From positions 485,757 through 549,756 of the forward strand of contig NMRA01000291.1 in the NCBI GenBank assembly GCA_002633005.1: a DNA stretch of 64,000 bases, in the 5' to 3' direction. Shown piece after piece: positions 13,601 to 26,930 of this stretch. The stretch is from Phoronis australis. Its lineage: Eukaryota > Animalia > Phoronida. The stretch's first letter is position 1. Every line of letters starts with the position of its first letter. The notes beneath the pieces were generated by a model. It was not told where the DNA came from, searched no databases, and saw nothing but the letters and a program-made list of their open reading frames with translations. The position numbers and the translations under genes are program-made.

Positions 13601-14645
13601 ACATGTGGTATATTGGCTTCGGTTGAACGGAGAGTTTGTTATTGCTTAAGACCTGGTGCAATAACCATGGCTTTGAGCAATAACAAAGTTTGAATTCTTC
13701 CAAGTCCACTAAGGAACAAGTTGAGACAGGGATATATACAGGGCTTGGAATTTTTCTGTTTGTTTTTATTAATTTTATTTGATTTCCAGCTTCTTTTTTA
13801 TCATCATTTTTGGCTTGATTTATGCAAAAACATTTATTTCAGTATAATTTTACAACACAAAAATATTTTTATCACACAAGCCAAATTGTGAAATGATAGA
13901 TCACCTGGAAAATTTTCGTCTTATTGTCATTTCAATTCCTGTATATAGTGGTAAATTGTTCAGATCAAAATTCATTCTTTTTCACATAAAACGCATTTAT
14001 AGCATCTTAAAGGGATTTAATTCGAAGGAAATCTGGAAGCTAGAAGACTCCATCTGATAAGCGCATTCTGAAATCAAAGATGTTCAACACACATTGTTAG
14101 GTATAGGGATAGGGTTCATTCCACCATCCTTGGGCTTTCAGAGTACCCTCCTACAACCATTCCAAGGGGGTTCTCCCACAGGTTTATGCAAGACACGACA
14201 CTCAACTGGGTGATTTTTTCCCAAACAATTTCTCTTCAAAATGGTGCTTGAAAAAATCCCTACCGAAGCAAACTTTTTTCCCATGAATACAACGGGTTTC
14301 ACTCTTGAAGTTAATAACACTGCAAATGGTACTTTTTTCCTACTGCAAAAGGGGTTAATACGATACCTGTATTTTTAAAACCTTGGACACCAGACTCATT
14401 TTTGACAACAGGAATCTCTGAGCCGACTTCTTCAAGCTTAATGGGTGAAAACGACAACTGTCCATGAATTACTACGAAAGGATTCAGTTGTTAGCATTAG
14501 CTCTTATAAAAAAATTGTGCCTTTGAAACATTAGGCTACAATTTTATTGAAGTCTAAACCTCGGACCACAAACATAATGTTTTTTAGCCATCGTCTAAAT
14601 GGGTGGAGATTCTTCTAGTACTCAATTATGTACAAAACTAAAGGT

Positions 14646-15078
14646 TAGGGCCCATTTGGAACACCTCTCGGGTATTTTCGTAGCTACAAATTTACCCTCG
14701 GAACATCTGGAGCACCTCGGCTATTTTCCTATTTAAATTTACAATTTTTTCTTAGAAACACTTCAGGTATTTTCGTAGCCTCAAATCTCCTTTCGGAGAT
14801 GAACGTTATCCAAAATATGGCAAGTCACGTGATTTTCAATGTTGACAACAATAGGCAAACTGAACTAGAGAGCATTCACCTATTAGGTGAAATTTGAGGT
14901 TACAAAAACACCCGAGGTGTTCTGGATGCCCTTGGAAGTTAATGTTTTCAGTGCATGCTCGAACTTTATGGCCAATCATTCTCCACTAAGTTTGATAATC
15001 ACGCAGGTTAAATTCACCTCCAATGAGAAATTTGAGGCCCCGAATATACCCAAGGTGATCTGAATGGCTTAGGACCCT
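14646..15078. mobile_element. MITE with repeated subterminal motifs
   Basis: GGTATTTTCGTAGC..CAAAT repeated at the left end and inverted (ATTTGAGG...CCC.AGGTG) at the right. Confidence 0.5.
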
Positions 15079-17825
15079 CAAGTTGTATGGGGTCCCACCT
15101 CAAAAAGGGAAATGGGGAAGAAAAAATTAGTATGTCAACGAGGTGAGGGTGTAGCTTGAGAATTGTGGCTATACCTGGAGGGTCGAAAATTGTGGCGTTC
15201 TTACTAGGGGATGAATACTGTGTAGGCTGCGAAGTAGTGGAAATTGGGTGCCAGCAGTGTCTACTGTAACACTGTACAGAGACGGATAGTGGGAAAAGGG
15301 GGGGGGGGGGGCAAGGGGGNCCTGCCTAAAATTCTTCCAGATTCCATTTGGCAGCTTGGGGGCGCAACTGTTATACTCTGCCCTCGCCCCTACCTCCTAT
15401 CTCAAAATCCTGGATCATCCCCTCCTGTAAGATCGTACAGCAGGGGAGGATCCAGGATTTCGGGACGTTTTCAATTCATAAAAAGCGTTCAAACAATCAA
15501 ACTGAAAGAATGGCAAGTGAAAAGAGTGAAGCCATTGTTAATTCAGGTTTATTTTCCTAGTAAGGAATCGATAATTACATGATTTTACTACAGTTTATTG
15601 GTAATATCACAACATATAAACAGCTACCTCACCAGAGAGTTCCCCCGACCGCAAACGCGACCCAGTCGCAAAATAACTTTTACTTTCGCGACACCTAATC
15701 CTGATAACGTAATACCGGATGTCAGCATGCGCAGAGCAAACTTCCTGGTTAAAAATTGCCAGCTGACAGCCAATGAAAACCATCGTTCTGGTGGCCTTTA
15801 CCTGGGCCTTCACAAGAAATCCGTGACGTCAACTTGTGAGGCCCGGGAACCAGGACCTAGCTAAAACCTGGTCAAAGTCACGTGTTCTCATTTAAAATGC
15901 ACGGTAATATCTCACGTAATCTCGCGAAGTCTTGCTTTTTAGCGTGGTACTAGCGTTAATTACTGAACGGGAGGCAGGTTATTTAGGACTGAGTGGCGCC
16001 TCCTCTAGGATACTACACAAGAAAATGTTGGAGTTGCGAATCTGTTGTCTATAATCTATGATTTCCCCAACGTGACTTATCAGTCTTGTTTTGTTCTTAG
16101 ACTACGGAACATCAATTTATTCTTTTTACTCGAAGTCGAACTCTAAAGTACTCTGTTCCACTTAAGTATGAACTCATGATAACCGTCTAATTATTCTGTG
16201 ACCCGTATATGATCTGTCCTGACAAACGCACTCGGTATTCTAAGAAATGAAATCAGTGTCCCGCTATGGCTGGCTATATGCGAGAGAATCATCAGTATCT
16301 CGAAAGTCAAGTTGGGGTATATGTACCGGGTAACCTTTTCACTAATCGGAATACCCACAGTCAAGCACGACATTTTCTCCTTTTGAGCAGATTGTTAGTG
16401 AACTTTGGACTGAGGAAGACAGTGACATTTTGAGTTCAGGAACCACCTCGAGGAAACCTACGAGCGGACTAGGAAAAGCCAAGCATTACTACAACAAGGT
16501 CACCGACGGGCAATTTCGAGAGGGACGGATAATATCGGTTTTACTTCAAGATTACTGTGATGTCTTCAAGAATGAGCTTGGAAAGATCCATTTGGCCAGC
16601 CACTGTAGGCCCACTGACGCTTTGGTCAATCATGGTAAACGATTCTCTACCAGGTCGGCGTTTAACATACGTTACCTACGTGTGAACTGTAAAGTTTAGT
16701 TCCGATAAGCGATCTAAAAAAGTTTCTTTGGCGGGCAAACGATATTGTAACTTATTTAACTAGCAGTTGATTGCATACATGAAGAAAACTGTTGCATTAT
16801 TAGAGAAATTAGTGTTATATCTGTTTGCGCTGTTTTGAGTTTTAGGAGCCTTGTAATGAAATTTCGAAAATGGCAACTTGAGTCGACGGCTTATTCGACA
16901 AAACTTCGATCAGAAAAACGAATTTTTTAATTGCGAAGCGTTATCATGAAGCATCAAACATTGATAGCAATTTTGTTGAACTTATCAATTGTCCCGGTCT
17001 TTCCCAAGTGTCACGGACTTTAAACCAAGTTCGTTTAAGTGGCCGGTAATCATCCTCTGGTGTTAATAACATGAAACCATCAATTATTTACCGACCCGCG
17101 TCTTTGTGCTTTCAAAACAACCTCATTGCATTCTTATCCATGATTGATTTGAAATTGGACACAAGAAATCGCTTGGAATTTCCCACACTGGCATATTGTG
17201 GAGTCATGGAACTTAAGTGCCGCAGAAACACCACAACACACCTGGTTTGAAGCAATAACGACCTATCACTTCCTTTTATGCCAGAAAATCGTTTTTTATC
17301 TAAAAAAGAACAAGACGACTCAGACTTCGTGACTGTATGTCACCTCAATCAATGATGATTTTTAACACCGAGAAGCGGGTAAATTTCCCTTGAAGAGAAT
17401 GAATGCTTACTATACTTACTTGTAATAAGACCAGATTTTGGATGTGTTTTTGTAAGCTACAGCCACCTGTGGAGGTGGTTTATTAGCAAACAACCACTTG
17501 TCAGCTGTCAACGGTAGTCCAACTTTGTAACACACCTACTTGAGCGTGTCTCACTGCATACACTGCACATTCACTGTACATATTATGCATGTTGCGTTGT
17601 GAAGTTGCTAAGGGAATGACCCAGACCAGGTCACCAACACAAGTAAAAGTTGTCATTAGCTATTGTCCCATTGTTACTTGGCGGATTTCTTCGAATTCCG
17701 ACAAGTATGTTGCTCTGTCGTCAAGTTTTACGAACCTATTCCTGCTGAAAATTCAAGCCAAAACCCAATTAAATTTGATAACTGAAGCAGAAGTTTCAAT
17801 TACTCTATTCCCTGCCAACACAATA

Positions 17826-18196
17826 CACGGGTGAGAATCAACATCATGATGACCGCCGGTCCTCTTAAATCGGACCGCCTCACCCAAAACAGGATCTCCG
17901 GGGATCAAATGGGACCGTCGCACCAGAAAATGGGACTGACGCACCTAAAAACATGACCGCCCCACCAGAAAACAGGACCGCCGGGGACTGAACATGACCT
18001 CCGGGGATTGAAACCGCATATTGTCCGGCGGTCATGTTCAGTCCCCGGCGGTCCTGTTTTCTGGTGGGGCGGTCATGTTTTTAGGTGCGTCAGTCCCATT
18101 TTCTGGTGCGACGGTTCCATTTGATCCCCGGAGGTCCTGTTTTGGGTGAGTCAGTCCGATTTAGAGGACCGGCGGTCATGTTGTTTCTCACCCGTG
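17826..18196. mobile_element. Fold-back MITE with CAC..GTG termini and a 5-bp TSD (CAATA)
   Basis: About 175-bp near-perfect inverted arms built of about 21-bp GACCGCC subunits; CAATA on both flanks. Confidence 0.92.
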
Positions 18197-18649
18197 CAAT
18201 AGAGAGCCAGCTAGCTGGATTTTCATGTGGAGGACAATCAATAACCTTCTAGTTACATTGGCCAAGGAAGAATTTTGTCAAAATGACTCATCCAAATTGG
18301 TGGGCTATATTTAGATTGCAACGGTTGTAGCTAGAATAAAAAGTAAAATGAAATAACAAAAATATCAATATATCTGATCAATCAGTTTATTTTAAAACAT
18401 AAACAAAGAAATACATACAGTATGTAAAAATAAACAGCTTTGCCTTAGAAAATAAGCATGGCTGTACAATGGTCTAGTTTATCAAAAATATTGAGAATCT
18501 TGGGATAAAGTGAGATCTGTAAATAAATACTAACTTAATCTATTAGTGCTGCGTATCAAAAAATACTACATCTATCTTACAAAATATACACAAGTTTGCA
18601 TTGAGTTTCCAGGTTAACAAAAATATGATCAACAAAATACTCATTAATG

Positions 18650-19070
18650 GTAGAAACACACCTGCACTACTGTAGTAACAGAAAAATTAACAAATCATGC
18701 ATTCCTTAAAACCTGAGACTGAATACAATTTTTCACCTCATACATATTTTTAATGCATGCATTTCCTGATATACAACCTATTGCAATTTCCTTGTGCTTT
18801 TGTAAACCAGCCATAACCAAAATGCCAATTGCAGTAAGTTAATAAGTATGATGTGCTGTAGAAACAGACCTGCACAATTGTAATAACAGAAAAAATATAT
18901 GTATTCATACCTTTAAGCCTGAGACTTTAGGTCATGCAAGACGTGATACAATTTTTCACCTCACACATATTCGTATTCAAATAATTCATACTTTTCCTGG
19001 TATATAACCTATCGCATTTTTCTTGTACATTTGCAAAAAAGCCACAACCAAAATGCCAATTACAGTAAGT
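18650..19070. repeat. Diverged tandem duplication of about 200 bp (2 copies)
   Basis: GTAGAAACA.ACCTGCAC ... CCAAAATGCCAATT.CAGTAAGT occurs at 18650-18838 and 18857-19069. Confidence 0.85.
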
Positions 19071-19387
19071 AAACAGAGTAAACAGGATAAAAAACTTTTT
19101 CTATTATGCTAAAATTTTAAGATCACGAGATTACTCATACAATGCCATGGGTTTTACAGAAAATCCCACTGCAGAACCAACAATTATTTCAATACAATGT
19201 GAATCCACAGATTGCACCAACATGAGAATACCCTAGTTAATACTCATCAAAACAAAGGATACACTAAACATCAGTCAGCCTGGCACACTGTACAATCAGT
19301 CTAAATATCAATGAACTATGTACAATAACATGCTTTATGAAACCACTTTAATATTATGTAACACTGGTTTAAGTTGAAGTCAATTAT

Positions 19388-19707
19388 AAAACAAACAGCA
19401 CCAAGCCACTGAAATGAAGCCGAGGGTCACACCAAAAAGAAATCAGGCTACAGGAATGACAGCAAATCACTGACGATATACAAAAAAACATTAAGTTTAG
19501 CAACTGCTTCACGAAACTAAATTATTGATGTTTGTGCTAATACGAAAGTGCCTGGAGATACCCCACCAACACCACAGTGTAAATATGAACAAAATCTGCA
19601 GCTTCCCTTTTTGAGATATCAAGCCTACGACATTGTGTCACTCACAGACAGACAGACAGACCGTTGTGAATACTGTGTCTTCCACATCTCGCTGTGGTGG
19701 ACAAAAA
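19388..19707 (+). mobile_element. Short Helentron-associated (HINE/DINE-like) element
   Basis: AAACAA start, (ACAG)n microsatellite, 3' hairpin TCCAC...GTGGA followed by an A-run. Confidence 0.5.
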
Positions 19708-22700
19708 GTCACGCCAATGACATTGTGACGTAGACAGATGGTCAAGAATACTAGGTCTCCCACACTGTGAAGTAGGGGACAATAAAACAGTTATGTAGCC
19801 TAATGTAGGACCATAAAAACAAGTATGTACATTTAGCAAAACCTGACAAAAGCATGTATTTTCGGAAAGTAAATTCCAGTAGAATATGCCATTAATGTAG
19901 CAAAACAGGCCCAATAAGTGACTACATGTCAAGAGTTTTCTAAGGCCCCACACAACCACAGCCAGAATCATAACTTATTTAACAAAAGATAAATCTGCCA
20001 ATGCAGACTTGAAAGCAAAAGTGTCAAAATTGTCACTTGTTGTAAGCTAAAGTTGTGACAATGGTGTTGTTGTACAAATGCTGCTTTTCTTTTATCTCGT
20101 CATATTTTGCATTAAATAATTTTATATGCGCTAAGTGCGAAGCGATACCGAAGCTAGTTTACAGTGAAACAACACGTGTAGTTGAGATAAAAGGTCATAT
20201 ATATTATGACAAACTAAACTACTACAGATCCTTTTTCTCAGGACTAGGAAAGTGTTTGAACTGTTTCAGCAACGTATTGAACCTGTCTCTTGCCTGACAA
20301 AATTCAGTGTTACTTGGCTGACTTCGAATCATACCAATAATTTCAATGACAACCATTACCATGTTGCCAAAATTCGACTGATAGAGGCTCGGGGCTTTGT
20401 CGATGTTAATTGCAGAGTGGCAGTTCCTGTTACGTGTGGCTTTTTTATTCTCATGGTGTCGCTGTATGTCAAGATTCCAAATCCAATATTTGGCTTGGGT
20501 GTGATCGTGAGCATGTTCGGAGTTAACATAATATATGGCGACAAACAAATTAGTAAATACTTACTGTGCTCCTCAAGTCGCTTCACGATCCGATTCTCTC
20601 GAGACATTCGGCTTATCAAATTCAAGTTATAACACGACATATATATGAAGGTGGAGTTTTGTCTCCAGGTGTATCTTTGGGCACCTTCACTTTCAACCGA
20701 TTTTTGCATCTTTCAATGCATTCTAAGGAAAGATGTTTGTGACAGATCGAGCGCCTCAGTAGTAAGGAGACCTGATGATCTTTCTAGAAACTACAGTGAA
20801 ATTCCCATGCTAGTCCGGCATTCAGGCTTGCATTTACTGTCATTGACAAAATGAGTTTGTGATCACTGGCGTAGCCATGGTGGGGCACAAGGGGGCCACG
20901 ACCCCATCTGGTCAGTTCAAAGACGTTTTCCAGCACGCACGTAAGCTTGGTAATTTGAATATTCTTTAACAAACAAGAATTACTCAGAGTGCGTAAGTGA
21001 GAACCCAAGTCAGCGGATGATTCTGTGAACTTTGAGCGTCTTAAGGTTATCTCAAATTTTATTTAGTAGTCTCCATCTTAACTCGTATGTCAAAACAGCC
21101 ATGCTTTGTCAACTAGTAAAGTATATATTTTCTGAAAGAAAAAAGACCAGGAATTACAAAAATATGTTTGATGTGCCATTATTGTTATTATTATTATTAT
21201 TACATTAGCACTTTTAAAGTCAGAATTAAATTTTTAAGAAAGATACATTCCTAGCAAAATAACGCCTAGATCGATTTTAATAAAACCTTTTTTAAATGAA
21301 AACTTCACCAGTCACCTCAAAAAAGCTGTTAGGAATTTTTGTAAGTCTTAGTTTGGTTTCTGTGACAAATCAGCTCGCAAAACGTAAAGTATTTTTGTAA
21401 ATAGCAGTCTCATTCGTCTTTGTTACATTACGCAGAAACTAGGCCTTGATATCTAAAATCCTATCAGGGTTTTTGAGACTGGTGAATAAATATTAAATTT
21501 GGAAAGTTTCAACGAAATCCACCAAGACGTTTTTGAGAACTCGTGTTCAAATTAAGTCGATTTGCCGAACACGAGAAAAAGCGGATTAAGTTGGGACACG
21601 TGAAAATTTTCTTCTTCTGCATCTTCTTCTTCTGCATCTTCTTCTTCTTCTTCTCATTCTTATACTTCTGGAATTCAGTAATCTACCGAAGTGCCGATCC
21701 TTATACATTGGCGCCTGTCATTGAATAAATTTGAACCGTGCCTAACCGTGAAAGTAACAACAAAACGGGTTAGTGCAAGGATAAAAACAAGTTTTACTAT
21801 TTACTGAGCGAGGCTGATGGTCAAGATGCAACTTGTGAACGCCTCTATTGTTTCTGATGAAATGATATGTTCTGGGAGTCTATTCCAAAGTAAAACAGTA
21901 GATGCAAATAAAGAGTTTGCATATTATGTAGTGCAGATGTATGTTCTCTCAAAGGTATGAGAGGGGGAATTATGTGAACTAGGTTGTGTACGGTCTTGTA
22001 CATGAGAGACAGTTTGTACATTATTGACTAAACGATGATTTTGAACACGCTCATTTGACACAACTTATGTCACCGAATTTCGATGTGACGTTATCATGAA
22101 ATTTTAACTTGTATAATGGATTTCCTGTGCAAACCATGTTTGGAATAACTTGAACTATTTAGCAATCCCAATACACTCAATTGCTGCTCTGTTGATAATC
22201 ACTGACATCTTGATAATCATCTCCGATTGCATCTCCTGTTCATTCCATTCAAACTGTGTCATAAATCTGCAGTTTAAACTCTTGAAACTATTCTTAATCC
22301 ACTGGTCCATTCGCTGATTGGCCAAAAATATTTCTTAGTTGTGCTGGAACTGAAATCACTGGTTCTCAAGATCAACGAGGAACTTAAGGGTCACGACTAA
22401 ACCAATCTCAAACAGAGGTTCATAAGCTATCAGTCAACAGTCAAACTGATGCTGTCCTTTTTGGATACAAAACGAATTTTTGTATTAACAATTCCCACAA
22501 ATACAACTGCTTGCTGAATCTTGAGATGTCTTGAATGAATTTGGAGTTCCATGTTTGTTCTGATATTCCAAGTTCACACACGGCCGACCAAATAAGACAA
22601 TCTCGGCCCACGAAGTGCTTGATAGTACCGCAAATACTGTACTCCAATAACTATTGCATTGGCGCATGCACTTTGCATTACGTGCTGTCAATTGTCCAAT

Positions 22701-22932
22701 GCATTCTCACTCAGGTGAAAAGCAAGACAGTTAAAAAATAAAGTGCAGTCACTCGTCTGGAATTTAAGGAAAGAGTATTATTCATGATTGGCTAAAAGGT
22801 GTTTCCTAGATACAAGCAATGTTCCAAGTTAGCCAAACCAAAAGTGGAAGAAAGGTTTAGTATTTTTCTAATGGAAAATTTCACCCTTTTATTGTTCAGA
22901 TACGGATAAAGAATTAAGAAAGGGCAATAATA

Positions 22933-22990
22933 CATGGGCGGCGCAGCACTGAAAAAACGTGGAGGGGCCCCCTACGGTGCGCCGCCCATG
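22933..22990. mobile_element. 58-bp MITE with 5-bp TSD TAATA; relative at about 266-340
   Basis: CATGGGCGGCGCA ... TGCGCCGCCCATG flanked by TAATA on both sides. Confidence 0.85.
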
Positions 22991-23147
22991 TAATAAAGGG
23001 CGTTATTAAAGAAACTAAAAAGGAATACGCTGTTTTTTTAATAGTAGCACGATATGCGATATTCCAGACTCGGATTTCTTTCAGTATAGATGACTCTCTG
23101 TTTTGCTTCTCCTCAACATTTGCAGTGAAACAATTAAATTTAGCAAG

Positions 23148-23650
23148 TAGTCTAGTTGCCAGCCCAATAGCTCCCCTAGTGAACCCTGTAATGTTGATTA
23201 CTGTAAAGTTTTTTTGTTGAAATATATTAAATATGATCAGGAGAACAAAATTAGCTTGGTTGCACTTAGTGCAACTTTGAGCATTTTTTGCAATTCAAGA
23301 TGGCGGATTCCGCCATCTTGAATTTCGATCCACTTTGGTTTTTTCAACTTTATGACTAACAGGGACATGTAATACATGTACATTGTTTATACCATTATTT
23401 GTGATGGGGAGTCCATTTCTGGAGTTATTTCATTAATACGGGGTCATTTTCAAGGTCAAATCAGAGGTCAAAGGTCAAAACTGCCTAGCAGCCTTCTGAC
23501 ATCTAGTTTTTTATCTCATTATTTTTCATTTTCTTCGTTAACCTCATCAAGATATATTTTCAAGATGCTCAAAATTACAAACAATGTACTATAGTGGGCC
23601 AAACATTTTGCTCACAAGTTTCATGAGGGTTCTATTGGCACAATAGAGAA
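23148..23650 (+). mobile_element. Repeat copy, inverted partner of about 28500-28949
   Basis: TAGTCTAGTTG...CCCTGTA...ACTGTAAAGTT...CAAGATGGCGGATTCCGCCATCTTG...GGTCAAAGGTCA is shared with the reverse complement of 28500-28949. Confidence 0.75.
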
Positions 23651-23709
23651 AGCATACGGCAAGGAAATGCTCATACGCTCAGCAATTCAATGCTTGTACG
23701 TCTAGTATG

Positions 23710-24366
23710 GTTACTGCCCATTACTCCAAAACACTACTCCGAAAAACCTCTACTCCGAAGAAACCCACGTCTCCTCCAAATATGAACGCATTTGTTTCAT
23801 TTGATAACACTAATACATTCGCGCACCCAGTCTAGACTGTGGGGGTCTTGAATTTTTGGCAATGTGGACCTTTTACAAACAAAAACACGGGACTAAAAAC
23901 GGGATATCACGTTTAGGGTTATGAATTGTGCATTCGCGCCATTTTAGTGGACTTTTGTCTCGTTTTCTCGGACTTTTTGTTTCTCTGAGGCGGACCTTTT
24001 TGCCCACTTCGCCAAATGGGGGGGGNCTCGTTCTAGCCCCCCGAGCCACCCCCCTTGGTTGCGCGAATGTCATATGATACATTTTCTCTCGATCACGCGA
24101 ACTTCAAAGAAGGATATAAAACTTGTTAACTGCAAAGACAGTAGTAATGGCAGAAATAAGTCATTGGATTTCATTGTCACAATTACTTTTTGTGTGGGTA
24201 CTTTGTTAGTAAGCCTAACAAATTAATAAACCTTTCGTGAAAATTAAGGAAAATTTAGGAAGATCGAGTAAAAAAGTCGTAGTAACAGTGTTTTTTCGGA
24301 GTAGTGGACCTTCGGAGTGGCTGTTATTTTTTCTGAGTGGTGGCATGGGCCATCTGTGTACTAACC
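23710..24366. mobile_element. MITE with about 15-bp CTACTCCGAA subrepeats, containing a nested GC-rich MITE (23816-24069)
   Basis: ACTACTCCGAA repeats at left, TTCGGAGTAGT at right; nested CATTCGCGCA..TGCGCGAATG with TAATA/TCATA flanks. Confidence 0.65.
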
Positions 24367-24959
24367 TGTTACACTCCAGTATAGTCAACGGAAAGGCTAG
24401 AACCGATGCTCTGTAGGTATACTATCTCATGACAGCCAATGTTCTTACTCAATGTCTACTCAAATGGGGCCAAGTCTTATGAAGAGCAGTTGGTTTACCT
24501 AAAGATGGTCCTTCAACAACCCTGTCTCAAGGAGATGTTGACAGGTTTCTTCGTAGCAGGTCGCCATAATCGTGTATGGCACTTGCGCTGGTGTAGCAAT
24601 TTTCAAAATAAACCAAACAACGTGGAAATTCGTTTAGAGTACTAGAATACGATATCGCCTCCATGTACGTTGTCTTAATTTTCGCAATTTGCACGTAACT
24701 CCATTCATCAAAAACAGTAAACGTTTAGGCGCAATAACGTCAGCCTAAACTACGACAAAACTTCGACAAAAGTGCGATAAGTGTTCGACTATGGTGCCAT
24801 ACATTTCTGGCAAGAAGTTTATACCAAGTTTAGCAGCTTGGCAGAGTTCTTTCGAAGTTTATATTGACGTTTGCTATGTGTGGAGCACCTGTCCAATAAT
24901 GTCAAAAAGTTCTACTCGAAGCTGCGCACAGCTGTCAACACTTGGATGACAAGACTGTA

Positions 24960-25494
24960 CTACCCGAAGAACAGGCATACTGCATATCAAACGTGTAAAA
25001 GGTTCTGGGGTTATAAGGGGCATTTTAATGAGAGCTAAGCAATTAAGGGATCGTGTTGTTAAAGAGTTTCAGTGGGTGTGCCCTCCTTGATAATGCCATA
25101 GAGAACATAAGTCATGTGGAATGACGGTGGTGAAGAGCAAACGTCACGTAGCGGAGTGACAGGAAAAAGACTAAGTACAAGAAGGGAGTAGTGGACCTGG
25201 ACGAGGATAACTAGAGAAAGATTGCGGAGGAGATAGAGAAGCACACTACAGGCACCCGCTCACTGACCAGCAGTCATATCTCCATAACATCTGCAATCGC
25301 CGAGTAGATTCCAGAACAGCCTGGTCACTGGCCATGAGCAGAGCAGTCAGATTTTTAGTTTTGGTAAGCACTGAATGTTACAAAGCAATAGGAAAAGTCA
25401 AAATGCTGGAGTTGCTGAAGAAGCTGTACTGTCAAGGGAAGGCCATGGCCTTGAAACGTTCAGTTGCCTGTTAGTCGAAAGACAGCATGTAACA
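24960..25494 (+). mobile_element. Possible Penelope-like retroelement 3'/pLTR remnant, continuing at about 27200-27240 after the Kolobok
   Basis: Decayed CTGAAGA...GAAACGTT hammerhead-like core at about 25415-25460; the tail appears to resume after the TTAA. Confidence 0.35.
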
Positions 25495-25830
25495 TTAAAG
25501 GCGAAGGCAACCTTTTTCCATGTCATTTTGAGCTAAAATAAGGTGGGTTGGTTATCCTAGACATATTTTCCACTTAATTACAGCTTTTCGTAATTTTATT
25601 AATTACTCGTCTGCTACTCCGGAAGTGACGTTTTAGGAGGCAAGAGTTTCCCGCCACTTGGTTTTGCGTTGACTTTACCGTGCGAATCTGTTCTATTCTA
25701 CTTTTGTTTTGTGCTGTTTTTCAACAATTGTCGCCACCACTTTCCATCGGCAAGTATTCTGCGGCAAGATTGGTTAGTAGAGAACTCAACTACGTTGGAT
25801 TTAGGGATTTTAGTGCGTTGTAAGCTGAAA

Positions 25831-26160
25831 ATGGCTGGAGTCGGTGACCCGTATCACAGTGACAGTAGTGTGAGTGACGGAGACCTTGTTCACAGCAGTG
25901 GTGACGAGAAATTTTTTTCACGGACATTCAGTGCGTGGGTACATGTTTGAGCCCGATTAGCCCGAGTTATAACGAGGCAGAGTACGCAAAAGCACAGGCA
26001 GCTGCTGAGAGAAACGAGGCGGCTACTGAGGACAGACGTGGTGACACAGTACATCTTGGTGCAAATGCACTGTGTGTGTTGTTATGCCTACCTCAATAGA
26101 ATGCTTGTGCTGTTCAGAATTCGACGAGGCCAAGCCACTACTGGACATAGTTAAGTGGAC
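25831..26160 (+). pseudogene. KolX-like (P2X7 C-terminal/nanor-related Cys-rich) remnant
   Basis: Frameshifted pieces: acidic N-terminus, YMFEP, WCKCTVCVVMPTSIECLCCSEF. Confidence 0.8.
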
Positions 26161-26554
26161 CTCCGGCATACCACGGATAGAGGAACAACTGTCCCACTTG
26201 CCAGAGTGTCCCGCGACACACTCCCACTGGATCATGTGACCTGAGCACCCAAACTGCTCTACATCGTGTCGTGTGACTCCCTAGCCACACACACCTGGCA
26301 CCTTCTAAATAGACAAGTCCACAATAAACTTATCAAAGTTTGGCTCACCGATCTGTTCACTGAACGACAAACTGTCCTCTTCACTGGGTGTCGATCCTGG
26401 GCCTGTAATCACTCCCACTACTCAATATCACTGCAGGGCTGCTTAGAGGCTCTGGGCTGGAGAAAACAGCACAGGGCGAATCACTACTGGTTTCAGGAAT
26501 TGCACGCTCTGGGGTACGTTCGGAGGCTAGGTGACAGTAGATGAAGTGCCTCAA

Positions 26555-26930
26555 CTAGCTCCAGTCACTGTACTGGTCACCTCGCGAGGCTTCTCGCTTC
26601 AAAAACGCACTTCTCAGGGGTGGTGACGGGGCACTGCCGGGAATCAACACAGACGGAATGGCATCCTTCTTCAGGCGTTGTTTCGCAGGGACCTTCGTCA
26701 GTTCAGCGTACAAATCCCTTTCGTAACCGCCAGGGCAGAAAGTGCTTGCCACACACACGGTATTTCTCCGCTGCTTTGTATGTTGGGTGGACGGGTAACG
26801 CTGCGTTTTTCACACGAACGAGCCAAGTACGGCGAAGTGTGTCATCCATCGGAAAGCGATGCAAAGGTACTCCCAAAGCGCGCGTGAGCCTCTAATTAGT
26901 ACATTCCGGTACGCAGCAACAATGTGACAT
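26555..26930 (-). pseudogene. THAP domain of a Kolobok transposase (stop plus frameshift)
   Basis: MSHCCCVPECTN*...LHRFP...RRTW...RVCGKHF / RLKKDAIPSV: complete C2CH and AVPT-like box. Confidence 0.88.
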
